From contig JAGWOI010000013.1 in assembly GCA_028870995.1 (NCBI GenBank), forward strand, positions 1 to 62,948: a stretch of 62,948 bases of DNA, in the 5' to 3' direction. The position numbers were made by a program, and so were the translations under genes. The DNA comes from Candidatus Omnitrophota bacterium (GTDB lineage Bacteria; Omnitrophota; Gorgyraeia; Zapsychrales; Fredricksoniimonadaceae). Below are positions 34,908-44,779 of the stretch, one piece after another (position 1 is the stretch's first letter; each line of letters starts with the position of its first letter). Below the pieces are notes generated by a model. It ran no database searches and was not told the origin of the DNA. It was given only the letters and a program-made list of their open reading frames with translations.

Positions 34908-36386
34908 CTAAACCTTAGGCCTCGTATCTAAAATGCGTTTCTCTTTATTGGCTGTTTCCAGTTCCAGGCGCTTGACCATCTCATTAAGGGGTATAAATTC
35001 GATCTGGTTGGGCGCCACCTCGGTGGCGCCGGTCAGCTTGTCGATGATCAGCTTGGAAAGTGTGAGCTGATCGGCCCCCTCCTGGGGCGTCACATAAACA
35101 ACGATCTCATCCACTTCAAAAGGATCGTCATTATGTTTGCGGATCTCCAGTTGCCACTCGCTGATCTGGGCGATGCTATTAAGTACTTCGGAAAAATGGC
35201 TCAAATTGACCAAGGTGCCTTTGACCTTGGAAAGGTGAATGTCCCGGTTATCCGACAGCCGGGTGATATCCGAGGACAAACGTACCGTCTGCCGGCCGCA
35301 ATAGGGACACGGCCCATGGGTCATGCCGCCCTTGATCAAATCGCCGGTGCGGTAGCGCAGGATGACGCTGGCGCGGGCGTCCAGGTTGGTATAAACCAGT
35401 TCTCCGTCGGCGCCATCCTCCCTCACTTCGCCGGTTTCCGGGTCGATGATCTCGAAGATTTCCTTATCCGGATAAAGATGATAACCGCTGGAGAGGTGGT
35501 TCTCGGTCGGGCACTCGGCCCAGGCGCAGCGCGCCTCGGTAAACCCGTAGGTGCCAAAGATATACACCTGTTTGGCGCCCTGGGCTTTGAGCATTTCAGA
35601 CAACTTTTGCTTATAGCCGGGCGTGACCCTGGCCGCGCCCAGCACAATGTTCTTCAAGAAAGAAAGATCGTACCCTTTGGCCTGGGCGAAACGGATCAAA
35701 TGATAAACGTAACTGGGCACGCCCAGGATGGTTGAAGGCTTCATCCTCATTAAGGCCGTTAAATTGCCTTCGGTCCCCATGACCTTACCCCCGCCCGTGG
35801 AAAGCCCGAAAACACCGGCCTCCACCGCACCGAAGAAGGTCTGCCAAAAGGCCAGGTGCGGGGCGAACGGGAAAAGATTCATGATGCGCTCATCACCCTT
35901 GACGCCGAAAAGCTCCACCATCCTGGCCCCGGAAAGGTTGAGGTTATCCAGATCATAGCGGCTGTACATGAAAGGCACCGGCGCGTTGGTGGTGCCGGTG
36001 GTGAAGGTCATGAAGATGGGACGGTATTCCCTGGCCAGGTCCTCTTGCAAATGACGGCCCTGACTTAAGGATTTCAGGGCCAGCCCCAGCAGCCGGGTTT
36101 TAGGCCAACAGCTTTTGATCTTCTCCTTGTCCGGCTGCAGAATGAAATCTTTGAATTTTTGGGGATTGTCCTTGTCGATCAAATCAGCTTTGCTGATAAA
36201 TGGAATGCGTTGAAGATCTTCCTTGGTGCGGATGGTCCTCGGGTCGATCTTCTTGTCGTCAAAAAGCTTGCGGTAAAAAGGGCTGAAGGGATAAACGTGG
36301 GTGTTGATGAAAGAAAAAAGGCGCTGGTTCTGTAAGGCTTGAATCTGGCTGTAAGATAATGAGGTGATCCCCTTCCAGGCATTCAT
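34908..36386 (-). CDS. Phenylacetate-CoA ligase-like (PaaK/F390 synthetase) adenylate-forming enzyme
   Basis: TTGTT loop, YGFTE, LRYRTGD, KVKGTLV. Confidence 0.8.
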   Translation of the reverse strand: MNAWKGITSLSYSQIQALQNQRLFSFINTHVYPFSPFYRKLFDDKKIDPRTIRTKEDLQRIPFISKADLIDKDNPQKFKDFILQPDKEKIKSCWPKTRLLGLALKSLSQGRHLQEDLAREYRPIFMTFTTGTTNAPVPFMYSRYDLDNLNLSGARMVELFGVKGDERIMNLFPFAPHLAFWQTFFGAVEAGVFGLSTGGGKVMGTEGNLTALMRMKPSTILGVPSYVYHLIRFAQAKGYDLSFLKNIVLGAARVTPGYKQKLSEMLKAQGAKQVYIFGTYGFTEARCAWAECPTENHLSSGYHLYPDKEIFEIIDPETGEVREDGADGELVYTNLDARASVILRYRTGDLIKGGMTHGPCPYCGRQTVRLSSDITRLSDNRDIHLSKVKGTLVNLSHFSEVLNSIAQISEWQLEIRKHNDDPFEVDEIVVYVTPQEGADQLTLSKLIIDKLTGATEVAPNQIEFIPLNEMVKRLELETANKEKRILDTRPKV

Positions 36387-36437
36387 TATCTATAAGTTTA
36401 ATATAGATAAAAAGCGCCTGCCAGCGAAATTGAAAAT

Positions 36438-36469
36438 AAAAAGGGGACACATTAAAGTGCCCCCTTTTT
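36438..36469 (-). terminator. Probable intrinsic terminator after the small secreted peptide gene
   Basis: AAAAAGGGGACAC-ATTAAA-GTGCCCCCTTTTT stem with one mismatch and tails on both sides. Confidence 0.7.
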
Positions 36470-36494
36470 AAGATCAATATTCTCAAAAGAGAAA

Positions 36495-36656
36495 TTATTG
36501 ACCGGCGTTCATACCGCTGTCAGCAGCATTATCAGTGGCATTGTCACTGTTCATAACGCTGTTGTCGGTGGTGTCTTGGGCCTTGACCGTATGGGCCAAG
36601 ATCAAACCAGCGGCAGCAAAAACCATGGCAGCAGCTAAAATTAATTTCTTGTTCAT
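36495..36656 (-). CDS. Small secreted Asp/Asn-rich peptide (53 aa), absent from the ORF track
   Basis: Manual translation MNKKLILAAAMVFAAAGLILAHTVKAQDTTDNSVMNSDNATDNAADSGMNAGQ*; strong RBS AAGGAGGAG; signal peptide ending VKA; downstream terminator. Confidence 0.8.
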   Translation of the reverse strand: MNKKLILAAAMVFAAAGLILAHTVKAQDTTDNSVMNSDNATDNAADSGMNAGQ

Positions 36657-36824
36657 ACCTTCTCCTCCTTGGGTTTTGATAAGAATCGCTTCTTACCGTT
36701 GTTGAGATGTGTAAGATATTTACACATCCTTCAAATCTCTAAACATTAAAAATATATCATTAGAATATTTTAATGTTATAGATACTAATGTATCAAAATT
36801 CTAAAATAATTCCATTAAAATTTT

Positions 36825-37931
36825 CTAATTTTTGGCTTGGGCCGACAACTTGGCTTGTTTTTCTTCCAGGCAGGCAGTCAATTCTTCGAAGGATCTTTCA
36901 AACGCGGCCAACCCCTCGTCAAGCAGCTGGTTGCAGACCATGCCGACGTCGATGCCCTTGAGGCGCAACCCTTCAAAGATTTGCTGGGCCGCGGCAGGAT
37001 CGCCCGGCAAGGCCGGCTTGGACACCCCATGGTCTAAAACAGCTTCGAGGGTTTTATCAGGGACGGTATTGACCGTATCAGAAGCGATTAATTCAGTAAC
37101 ATATTTGAGGTCGCTGTATTGCGGGTCCTTGGTGCCGGTGGAGGCCCACAGGACGCGCTGCAGATGAGCCCCTTGGGCTTTCAGGGCCTTGAATTCATCA
37201 CTATTGAAATTCTTTTGAAATTTATGATAAATGATCGCGGCATTGGCCACCGCGGCTTTGCCTCTTAAGCCTATTTCATTTTGGGCATCCAATTTCTTAT
37301 CGATGCTGGTATCCACCCTGCTGACGAAAACCGACGCCACGGAACGCACCCTGCCCACATCTCCTCCGGCCATAGCCAGCCGCTGCAGCCCCTTCAGATA
37401 GGCCCAGGCCACCTGCTGATACTGTTCAGCAGAAAAAATCAAGGTGACATTGACATTGATCCCTTGGGCGATCAGGCCTTCCACGACACCCAAACCGTTC
37501 TTGGTGGCAGGCACCTTGATCATCACATTGGGCCGGTTCAGTTTCTTCCATAAACGCTGGCCCTCTTTAAGCTGGGCGTCAAGCTCATTGCCTAATTTAG
37601 GGTTGATCTCCAGGCTGACGTAACCGTCCAAACCCTTGGTTTGTTCATACACGCCGCTAAAAAGATGAGCCGCCTCCTGCACGTCCTGGATGGTCAATTC
37701 ATCATAGATCTCAAAGGTGGACCTGCCGGCCCTGGCCAATTGCTCGATGGCGGCGTCGTAATCGCTGCTTTGGCTGATCGCCTGTTTAAAAATCGTGGGA
37801 TTGGAGGTCTGCCCCCGCAGGCCTTTTTCGATGAGTGATTTTAATTTGCCGCCGGTGATCATGGAGCGGTTGATATTATCTATCCATAAGCTCTGGCCGA
37901 GCCGGGCGATGTCATGCAGTTTTGTTGGCAT
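36825..37931 (-). CDS. tal: Transaldolase
   Basis: GQSLWIDN, GQTSNPTIF, VSLEINP, MIKVPAT, NVTLIFS, RVLWASTG; start MPTKL. Confidence 0.93.
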   Translation of the reverse strand: MPTKLHDIARLGQSLWIDNINRSMITGGKLKSLIEKGLRGQTSNPTIFKQAISQSSDYDAAIEQLARAGRSTFEIYDELTIQDVQEAAHLFSGVYEQTKGLDGYVSLEINPKLGNELDAQLKEGQRLWKKLNRPNVMIKVPATKNGLGVVEGLIAQGINVNVTLIFSAEQYQQVAWAYLKGLQRLAMAGGDVGRVRSVASVFVSRVDTSIDKKLDAQNEIGLRGKAAVANAAIIYHKFQKNFNSDEFKALKAQGAHLQRVLWASTGTKDPQYSDLKYVTELIASDTVNTVPDKTLEAVLDHGVSKPALPGDPAAAQQIFEGLRLKGIDVGMVCNQLLDEGLAAFERSFEELTACLEEKQAKLSAQAKN

Positions 37932-38874
37932 AAGATTTCCTTTTAAGAACATTCTTTACGGCGGCGATGATATTGACATCCTTCAAGCCGAAATGCGCCA
38001 TCAATTGCGCCGGCGTGCCGCTTTCACCGAAGGAATCCCTCACCCCCACCATTTCCAGAGGGCAAGGGCAATGCTGGCCCAACACCTCGGCCACGGCCGA
38101 TCCCAAGCCTCCGGCCATCTGGTGCTCCTCCGCGGTGACGATGGCACCGGTGTCCTTAGCTGAATTGACGATGGCCTCGACATCAATGGGTTTGATGGTG
38201 TGCATGTTCACGACCTTTAAATCAATGCCTTCGGCCTTCAATATCTGTGCCGCTGACAGGGCTTCGGAGACCATGACCCCGCAGGCAATGACCGCGGCAT
38301 CGCGGCCGTCGCGCATGACATTGGCCTTGCCGATGACAAAGGGACTGGCTTCCTTGGTCACCACCGGGAAAGGCCCGCGGGAAGTGCGCATATAAAAAGG
38401 ACCATCGGTATCGGTGATGGCACGGGTGGCCTTTTTGGCTTCGATATAATCCACCGGGCAGATCACCCTCATATTAGGAAGTACGCGCATGATGGCAAAG
38501 TCTTCCAGGCACTGGGCGCTGGCGCCGTCCTCCCCCACGGTGACCCCGCCGTGGGAACAGACCACCTTCACATTCAAATTGTTATAACAGACATCCAGAC
38601 GGATCATATCATAGGCGCGGTTGGTCAGGAATACCGCGAAGGATGTGGCAAAAGCCACATAGCCCAGGGTGCTGAGGCCTGCTGCCGTAGCCACGACATC
38701 CTGCTCGGTGATGCCTAAATTAAAAAACCTCCCGGGAAATTCTTTTTTGAAATATTCGGCACGGGTGGCGTCTTCCAGATCGCCGGAAGTCACCACGATA
38801 TTAGGGTTGATCTTGCCTAAGGCGACGAGTTCTTCGCCGAAACCGTCTCTGGTGGGGGTGGGCTTAATCTCCAT
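37912..38874 (-). CDS. Transketolase, C-terminal subunit
   Basis: GITEQ, SHGGVTVGEDGASAQ, EEHQ..GGLGSAV. Confidence 0.92.
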   Translation of the reverse strand: MEIKPTPTRDGFGEELVALGKINPNIVVTSGDLEDATRAEYFKKEFPGRFFNLGITEQDVVATAAGLSTLGYVAFATSFAVFLTNRAYDMIRLDVCYNNLNVKVVCSHGGVTVGEDGASAQCLEDFAIMRVLPNMRVICPVDYIEAKKATRAITDTDGPFYMRTSRGPFPVVTKEASPFVIGKANVMRDGRDAAVIACGVMVSEALSAAQILKAEGIDLKVVNMHTIKPIDVEAIVNSAKDTGAIVTAEEHQMAGGLGSAVAEVLGQHCPCPLEMVGVRDSFGESGTPAQLMAHFGLKDVNIIAAVKNVLKRKSYANKTA

Positions 38875-39694
38875 CGATCAACTCCATCAACGCCTGGGCC
38901 AGCTGCTCCTTATTGGGCGCCTTGCCGTGCCAGGCCGACTTGCCTTCCATGAATGAAATGCCCTTGCCCTTAAAGGTATTGGCAATGATGACCGTAGGCT
39001 TGCCTTGCGTCGTACTGAACACATCAAAAGCCGCTTTCAGGGCTTCAATGCTGTGCCCGTCGATCTCAAGCACATGCCATCCGAAAGCTTCCCATTTTTG
39101 GGCCAGAGGTTCCAGGTTCTTGATCTCGTTGGTAGGACCGTTTTCCTGGACCTTATTATAGTCAACAATGGCGCAGACAGTGTCCAGCTTGTGGTGTGCC
39201 GCGGTCATGGCCGCCTCCCACACCGAACCTTCCTGGATCTCTCCGTCGCCCATGATGCAATAAACCTTAAAATCCTTACCGCGCATCCTGGCACCCAGGG
39301 CGATGCCGTTGGCAAAAGACAGGCCGTGGCCGAGGGATCCGGTATTGAATTCGACGCCGGGCACCTTGGTGTGCACATGCCCCTGCAGGCGGCTGCCAAA
39401 CTTTCTAAAGGTTTTCAATTCTTCCTTGGGGAAATAACCAAAATAAGCCAGGGTCGTATAGACCACCGGGCTCACATGGCCTTTGGAAACAATGACCCTG
39501 TCGCGGCCTTCCCAACGGGGATCGGAAGGTTTGTGATTGAGCTGGTAACCGTAAAGGGTAAGAAAAATTTCGACCGCGGACAGGGAACCGCCGGGATGGC
39601 CGGAACCTGAGGCTTCCAAGGTTTCTAAAATTGTCCGACGGATTTCAATGGCTTTCTTTTTGAGGGAAACAATATCTATGGTTTTTGGGGACAT
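38864..39694 (-). CDS. Transketolase, N-terminal (TPP-binding) subunit
   Basis: SGHPGGSLS, SKGH, LQGH, GSLGHG, GDGEIQEG, WHGKAP. Confidence 0.93.
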   Translation of the reverse strand: MSPKTIDIVSLKKKAIEIRRTILETLEASGSGHPGGSLSAVEIFLTLYGYQLNHKPSDPRWEGRDRVIVSKGHVSPVVYTTLAYFGYFPKEELKTFRKFGSRLQGHVHTKVPGVEFNTGSLGHGLSFANGIALGARMRGKDFKVYCIMGDGEIQEGSVWEAAMTAAHHKLDTVCAIVDYNKVQENGPTNEIKNLEPLAQKWEAFGWHVLEIDGHSIEALKAAFDVFSTTQGKPTVIIANTFKGKGISFMEGKSAWHGKAPNKEQLAQALMELIDGD

Positions 39695-39727
39695 GAATCA
39701 GTAATTCTTTAAATAGGGCATAAAAAA

Positions 39728-39800
39728 TGGGCCTTGCAGGACTCGAACCTGCCACCCAGTGATTAAGAGTCACTTGCTCTACCAGATGAGCTAAAGGCCC
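39728..39800 (-). tRNA. tRNA-Lys(CTT), 73 nt, CCA not encoded
   Basis: GGGCCTTTAGCTCATCTGGTAGAGCAAGTGACTCTTAATCACTGGGTGGCAGGTTCGAGTCCTGCAAGGCCCA; anticodon loop CTCTTAA; TTTACA-17-TATAAA promoter upstream. Confidence 0.96.
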
Positions 39801-39872
39801 TGATCGATCATCACAAATTGAGAATCTTTTATACCAGATAACACAACGGCTGTAAAGAATCCTTTTTTAAAC

Positions 39873-40214
39873 TTATAAATTTTTTATATAAACGAGCGCT
39901 AAAACGACCGCGGCTGCGGCCGGACCTATAAAAGACGCGAACCCGATAAGGTTTACCGAATCCAAAGAAAGGGCGTTTTGATTTAAATAAAGCCAAAAGC
40001 AGACGATCAGGGTCGCCAGTCCTGAAAAAAATATCAACGTCCCGCCGAATTGGTTGGCCTTATACCAAATAGCGTCGGTGGAAAGCGTCTTCTGCGTCCG
40101 GAAGCCATATCCGCAATTACGGGGAATTTTTCTTAAGATCAGCGGCACGGAGACGGCCATAAACAACACGGCGGGAATCAAAAATGAAACGATGACTTTA
40201 AGCTTGGCTTCCAT
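39873..40214 (-). CDS. SdpI/YhfL-family membrane protein
   Basis: IPRN..YGFRT..TL....W.KAN..GG signature; three TM helices. Confidence 0.85.
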   Translation of the reverse strand: MEAKLKVIVSFLIPAVLFMAVSVPLILRKIPRNCGYGFRTQKTLSTDAIWYKANQFGGTLIFFSGLATLIVCFWLYLNQNALSLDSVNLIGFASFIGPAAAAVVLALVYIKNL

Positions 40215-40219
40215 TAAAC

Positions 40220-40759
40220 CTACCTTTCTTGACCCGACACCTTTTTCAGTTGCCGGTAAAAATCACTGTCCACCCTGCCGCCCAGCGACTCCAGCTTGAA
40301 CACATCGGCCCAAGACTTGTCATATTGTTTCGCTTCATAATAGACAAAGCTCCGGCTGTTGTAAGCTTTTGTATTAAGGGGGTTAATTTCAATGGCCCGG
40401 GTATAATCAGCAATGGATTGAAGCAAGTCACCTTTCTGGTCATACGCATGGCCGCGGTTGCAATACGCCTGCCCGTCCTTGGGGTCATTGGCGATGGCCA
40501 TGGTAAAATCATCGATGGCCCGGGTCAAGCTGCCCTCCTGCGCGTAAGCGGCCCCGCGGTTATCATAGGCCTTGGCAAGATGGGGATTGCTATCAATGAC
40601 CTTGGTATACGCATAAATGGCCTGATCAAAACGCTGGTCCTTAAAGGCGCCGTTACCCTCCCGCAGATAGTCTTCGGCCGTCACGGCACGGGCCAAACCG
40701 GCCAGTTGGACACAAAAAAGAATAACAATCAGCGGCTGAATTCTATAGGCTGGCTGCAA
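40220..40759 (-). CDS. Exported tetratricopeptide-repeat protein
   Basis: Signal-like N-terminus; about four TPR units (AY.NRG..Y...G....AI.D...AI). Confidence 0.88.
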   Translation of the reverse strand: MQPAYRIQPLIVILFCVQLAGLARAVTAEDYLREGNGAFKDQRFDQAIYAYTKVIDSNPHLAKAYDNRGAAYAQEGSLTRAIDDFTMAIANDPKDGQAYCNRGHAYDQKGDLLQSIADYTRAIEINPLNTKAYNSRSFVYYEAKQYDKSWADVFKLESLGGRVDSDFYRQLKKVSGQER

Positions 40760-41217
40760 GCGTTGCCTCCGGCATTGTAATCATATACCATCCGGCCGCC
40801 ATAATCGGCCCCTTTAGCCATGACAGCTATAAGCAGCAGGGATAAAAGCACAAAAACAAGGCGGCCCTTCTTGGGGAAGCCGGCGGTAAAAGACGCCCAT
40901 AAGGTCAAGATGATGCTTAAATAAAAGGCCGCCAGCATCCATTGCTTATGTGCGTGGAGCAAGTGTTCCCTGACTGATTTGGCCACCATGACGCCATCCT
41001 GGGCATAAAGCCCCGTTGCCGCGGCGACAGCTGCCGCAAGGCAGCCAAACGCCAAAAACAAAAAAGCCGTCTTAGCCAGCGCCTCCCGCCGGAGAACGCC
41101 GGCTAAGACATATAGCGGGCCTGCCATTGTCAAAAAGGCGATCGGAAAATGCACCACAATGGGATGCAGATTCTGCAAATGGGCCGCGCCCGGCAGCAGC
41201 GCCGTTAAGGGCTGCAT
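40729..41217 (-). CDS. DUF2231-like membrane protein, copy 1
   Basis: LHPIVVHFPIA, H..H, G..GG.MVY; true start ATG 41217 overlaps the upstream stop. Confidence 0.75.
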   Translation of the reverse strand: MQPLTALLPGAAHLQNLHPIVVHFPIAFLTMAGPLYVLAGVLRREALAKTAFLFLAFGCLAAAVAAATGLYAQDGVMVAKSVREHLLHAHKQWMLAAFYLSIILTLWASFTAGFPKKGRLVFVLLSLLLIAVMAKGADYGGRMVYDYNAGGNACSQPIEFSR

Positions 41218-41576
41218 TAACTGACAGACTCCACGGTCAAAAATTGGCTGCCGCCCTCGGAATAAACACGGCCCGTGACTGTGGCTGTCTGCCCCATTTT
41301 GTCGATGACGCTGTCGGGTAAGGACATACCGTTCTTGTTGGGCAAGAGCACATAAAGTTTGCCTGTACTGTTTTCCAAAAGACCGACGGGAATACCCTTC
41401 TTGGCGCACTCCAGTCCGCACGACCGATGGCCGGCCCCTTTGGCACCCATGCTCACATAGCAAAAGGTATCTACCACCTCACCGGTAACCTTGGTATCTT
41501 GGGCCCAAGCTGCCACCGGACGGTTCATAAGGATGAAGGACATCAAAACCAAACTCACAAAGATCAATTTTTTCAT
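41217..41576 (-). CDS. Exported OB-fold-like protein with Cys/His cluster
   Basis: Signal peptide ending AWA; VTGEVVDTFCY...HRSCGLECAKKG; VTVTGRV pattern; start MKKLIF. Confidence 0.7.
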   Translation of the reverse strand: MKKLIFVSLVLMSFILMNRPVAAWAQDTKVTGEVVDTFCYVSMGAKGAGHRSCGLECAKKGIPVGLLENSTGKLYVLLPNKNGMSLPDSVIDKMGQTATVTGRVYSEGGSQFLTVESVS

Positions 41577-41868
41577 AAACCCATCCTTTCTTAGCGGTTT
41601 CTTAGCTTTACTTACAATCAATCATTCTACCCCATTTTTTTAAATAGTCATGCTTTGTTTGCGTATGGCCAGCATTAAATTTTTACCGTCTTGCCGCTTA
41701 AATTTTTTAATCCTATTTTAATTCTTTCTTAATGACTTCTGCGGTAACTTAGAGTCGTGGTTTTGAGGCAGAGAAGATAAAAGCCCTTTCGGCCAAAGCG
41801 AAAAGTGCTTCTAATAAAGAAGACACCTGCGGAAAAGATATCCATCTCCAAAATGGATATAAAACCGG

Positions 41869-42366
41869 CTAGCCAACCGAAAGGGACTTTTTTTGTTGTC
41901 CGCACCCGCATCCCGCGTCTTCGATGGGAAACGCTTCCATTTTTCTGAATATCTCTTCTTTTTCCCCGGCAGTCATCAATCTGTCCATGGCCGGATAGAT
42001 CATAGCCTCTTCCTTGCGGCCATGCATGGCCAGCAAGGCCAGCAGGACATGTTCTTCTTCGTCGGAATCAAAATTGCGTTCACGGACTTTCTGGTGAAGC
42101 TTGTCCAGGGCATCTTTGATCAAGACATGCTCATGACGCATCACAGCGGTCGGCCCATTGGCTTTGATCTTGGTTTTAGTCTCAAAGGCGGGAAACACAA
42201 TCTCTTCTTCCCAAAGCATGTGCCGTTTAAGCACCAGCATAAAAGTTTTGAACAATAGCTTAGCCTGTTCAAAATCTACTCTTTTGAGTTCATGAAAACG
42301 TGTAAGATACTTGTCTAATGCGTCATGGTCCCAGCTGTAGAATCTTGTGACACTTACTGATGGCAT
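41869..42366 (-). CDS. Hemerythrin/HHE cation-binding domain protein
   Basis: WDHDALD, RHMLWEEEIVFP, MRHEH, HGRKEE.MIYP; start uncertain (42366 or TTG 42396). Confidence 0.85.
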   Translation of the reverse strand: MPSVSVTRFYSWDHDALDKYLTRFHELKRVDFEQAKLLFKTFMLVLKRHMLWEEEIVFPAFETKTKIKANGPTAVMRHEHVLIKDALDKLHQKVRERNFDSDEEEHVLLALLAMHGRKEEAMIYPAMDRLMTAGEKEEIFRKMEAFPIEDAGCGCGQQKKSLSVG

Positions 42367-42394
42367 GGGGGAACTCCTTATAATTTTTTTTAAC

Positions 42395-42426
42395 AAAGTA
42401 ATCGCACTTTAATATGCGATTACTTT
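42395..42426. promoter_or_regulatory. Perfect 12-bp inverted repeat between the P-type ATPase and hemerythrin genes (operator or terminator)
   Basis: AAAGTAATCGCA-CTTTAATA-TGCGATTACTTT. Confidence 0.5.
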
Positions 42427-42562
42427 AGGATAGCTGATAAAGTAAAGACCCTCAATGTGCAGACTTACTCAGGCAGGTACGTAGTTTTACTTAGGCAAAA
42501 AGCCCTATTTCAGGCGGGATCTGGCCTCTTCCCAGCCAATTCTTATATTTACGTATTTTTAC

Positions 42563-44779
42563 TTAATCCAAAGAAAGACCGCGCAGGCGCAAGGCATTGC
42601 CGATAACGGAAACCGAACTGAAACTCATGGCAGCACCCGCGATGATGGGATTCAACAAGAGGCCGAAGAATGGATAAAGAACACCAGCGGCAATGGGAAT
42701 ACCCAAACCGTTGTAAATAAAGGCAAAAAAAAGATTTTGGCGGATATTATTCATGATCGCCCTGCTTAAGCGCAAACTCTTGACGATGGCGTTTAAATCA
42801 CCCTTGACCAGGGTGATACCCGCACTTTGAATGGCCACCTCGGTGCCTGTGCCCATGGCCACCCCGACGTCAGCCTGAGCCAGGGCCGGGGCATCGTTGA
42901 TGCCGTCCCCTGCCATCATGACCACAGCTCCCTGTTCCTTAAATTTCTTGACGATCTCCTGCTTGCGCTGGGGCGTTAATTCCGGCTCCACCTGATCAAT
43001 GCCCGCTTGAGCGGCGATACTCTCCGCCGTCTTGCGGTTATCGCCGGTCAACATGATCACCTTTAGGCCCATGCCGAGCAAGGCCCGGATGGCATCCGGC
43101 GTTGTTTTCTTGACGGGGTCGAAAATTCCCAGGATGCCGACGGCCTTACCTTCCATGGCGACCCACACCACGGTCTGCGCCTTATCCTGCCATTGGGCAG
43201 CCCGAGTTTTCAGGTCATCGGGAATAGATACCCGCGATTCTTCCAACAACTGTTGCTTGCCGGCCAAAACGGTCTTACCATTGATCTGCCCCTTGATCCC
43301 TGCGCCGGTAACAGATTCAAAATGCCGGACGTCCTGCAACTTCACGTCATTGTCCCTGGCATAATCCACAATGGCGCGGGCCAAAGGATGCTCGCTGTTT
43401 TGCTCCAGGGATGCGGCAATCCCAAGCATTTCTTGAGAACCGCTGCTGGCAGTGACCTTGGGTTTTCCCTCGGTCAATGTCCCGGTTTTATCGATCAAAA
43501 CATGTGTTATCTTCTCGGTCTTTTCGATAGCTTCGGCGTTTTTGATCAAAATACCGGCCTGGGCTCCGCGGCCCACCCCCACCATGATGGACATCGGTGT
43601 GGCCAGCCCCAGGGCGCAGGGACAAGCAATGATAATAACGGCAATGGCGTTGACCAGGGCATAGGTAAACGCGGGCTGCGGCCCCGCCAACAGCCAGGCA
43701 AAAAAAGTAATGAGAGAAACGAGGATAACGGCAGGCACGAAATAACCGGCCACCTTATCCGCCAACCCCTGAATAGGCGCACGGCTGCGCTGGGCCTCAG
43801 CCACCATGTGGACGATCTGGGACAGCAAGGTCTCGGCACCGACTTTCTCGGTCCTCATGACAAAGGTCCCGGTTTGGTTGACCGTCGCCCCAATGACCTG
43901 GTCCCCCACATTTTTCTCGACAGGCATGGGTTCGCCGGAAATCATGGATTCGTCCACACGGCTCCGGCCTTCCACAAGGATGCCGTCCAGGGGAACCTTC
44001 TCCCCAGGTTTGACCCTTAATAAATCATCTTTCCGGACCTGCTCAATGGGAACCTGCTCTTCCTGACCGTTTTTGACCAAATGCGCTTCTTTAGCTGCGA
44101 GCGCCAACAATCCTTTAATGGCCTGGCTGGTTTGTCCACGGGCCTTGGCCTCCAGCCATTGACCTAAAATGACCAGGACGGTAATGGCCGACGCTGCTTC
44201 AAAATACAGATACGCTCCTGGTGATAAAAAGAGGGCCATGGTGCTGTACCCGTACGCCACCACCACGCCGAGGCCAATCAGCGTAAACATGTTTAAATGG
44301 CCGCGGACGATGGATTGACGGGCCCTGTCCAGAACAAAGTCGCCGTAATAAAAAACGACCAGGGTGGCCAATATCCATTGAAGATATCTGGCAAATTCAG
44401 GCTGACTATCTGAGGACACGGCCAGAAAAATAATAGGCAGGGTTAGAAATAACCCTACCCAAAATTTCTTCTTTAAGCGTTGAGTCGCCTTTACCCCGGA
44501 CGGCTCTTCGAGGGCCGGGCTTTTCGGTTCCAAGGCCATGCCGCATTTAGGACAATCGCTGGGACGGTCCTGCTCAATTTCAGGGTGCATGGGGCAGGTA
44601 TAAACCGCATTGGCCGCAGAGGCCGGTTTTTGTTGCGGCTTGGCGCCCTGAGCCTCAGCCAAAAATTTCTTGCGGCAATATTCGGAGCAAAAATAATACA
44701 CCTGCCCATCCCGCCGAGTTTTAAGCGGCGAGCTTTCGTCAACATCCATGCCGCAAACAGGGTCCTTGGCCATGCTCAC
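42563..44779 (-). CDS. copA: Cu(I)-type P1B ATPase with N-terminal YHS and CPMHP metal-binding domains
   Basis: [47 protein letters not shown] and MAFSS-like MSFSS TM motifs. Confidence 0.92.
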   Translation of the reverse strand: MSMAKDPVCGMDVDESSPLKTRRDGQVYYFCSEYCRKKFLAEAQGAKPQQKPASAANAVYTCPMHPEIEQDRPSDCPKCGMALEPKSPALEEPSGVKATQRLKKKFWVGLFLTLPIIFLAVSSDSQPEFARYLQWILATLVVFYYGDFVLDRARQSIVRGHLNMFTLIGLGVVVAYGYSTMALFLSPGAYLYFEAASAITVLVILGQWLEAKARGQTSQAIKGLLALAAKEAHLVKNGQEEQVPIEQVRKDDLLRVKPGEKVPLDGILVEGRSRVDESMISGEPMPVEKNVGDQVIGATVNQTGTFVMRTEKVGAETLLSQIVHMVAEAQRSRAPIQGLADKVAGYFVPAVILVSLITFFAWLLAGPQPAFTYALVNAIAVIIIACPCALGLATPMSIMVGVGRGAQAGILIKNAEAIEKTEKITHVLIDKTGTLTEGKPKVTASSGSQEMLGIAASLEQNSEHPLARAIVDYARDNDVKLQDVRHFESVTGAGIKGQINGKTVLAGKQQLLEESRVSIPDDLKTRAAQWQDKAQTVVWVAMEGKAVGILGIFDPVKKTTPDAIRALLGMGLKVIMLTGDNRKTAESIAAQAGIDQVEPELTPQRKQEIVKKFKEQGAVVMMAGDGINDAPALAQADVGVAMGTGTEVAIQSAGITLVKGDLNAIVKSLRLSRAIMNNIRQNLFFAFIYNGLGIPIAAGVLYPFFGLLLNPIIAGAAMSFSSVSVIGNALRLRGLSLD

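Noticed and set aside
41218-41463. N-terminal 82 aa of the 244-aa ORF-track call 40729..41463
   Set aside because: Overlaps the real upstream gene in another frame; family similarity begins at MQPL (41217).
41729-41911. 60-aa minus-strand ORF after the hemerythrin gene
   Set aside because: Overlaps the hemerythrin 3' end, has no clear RBS or motif, and lies in AT-rich spacer-like sequence.
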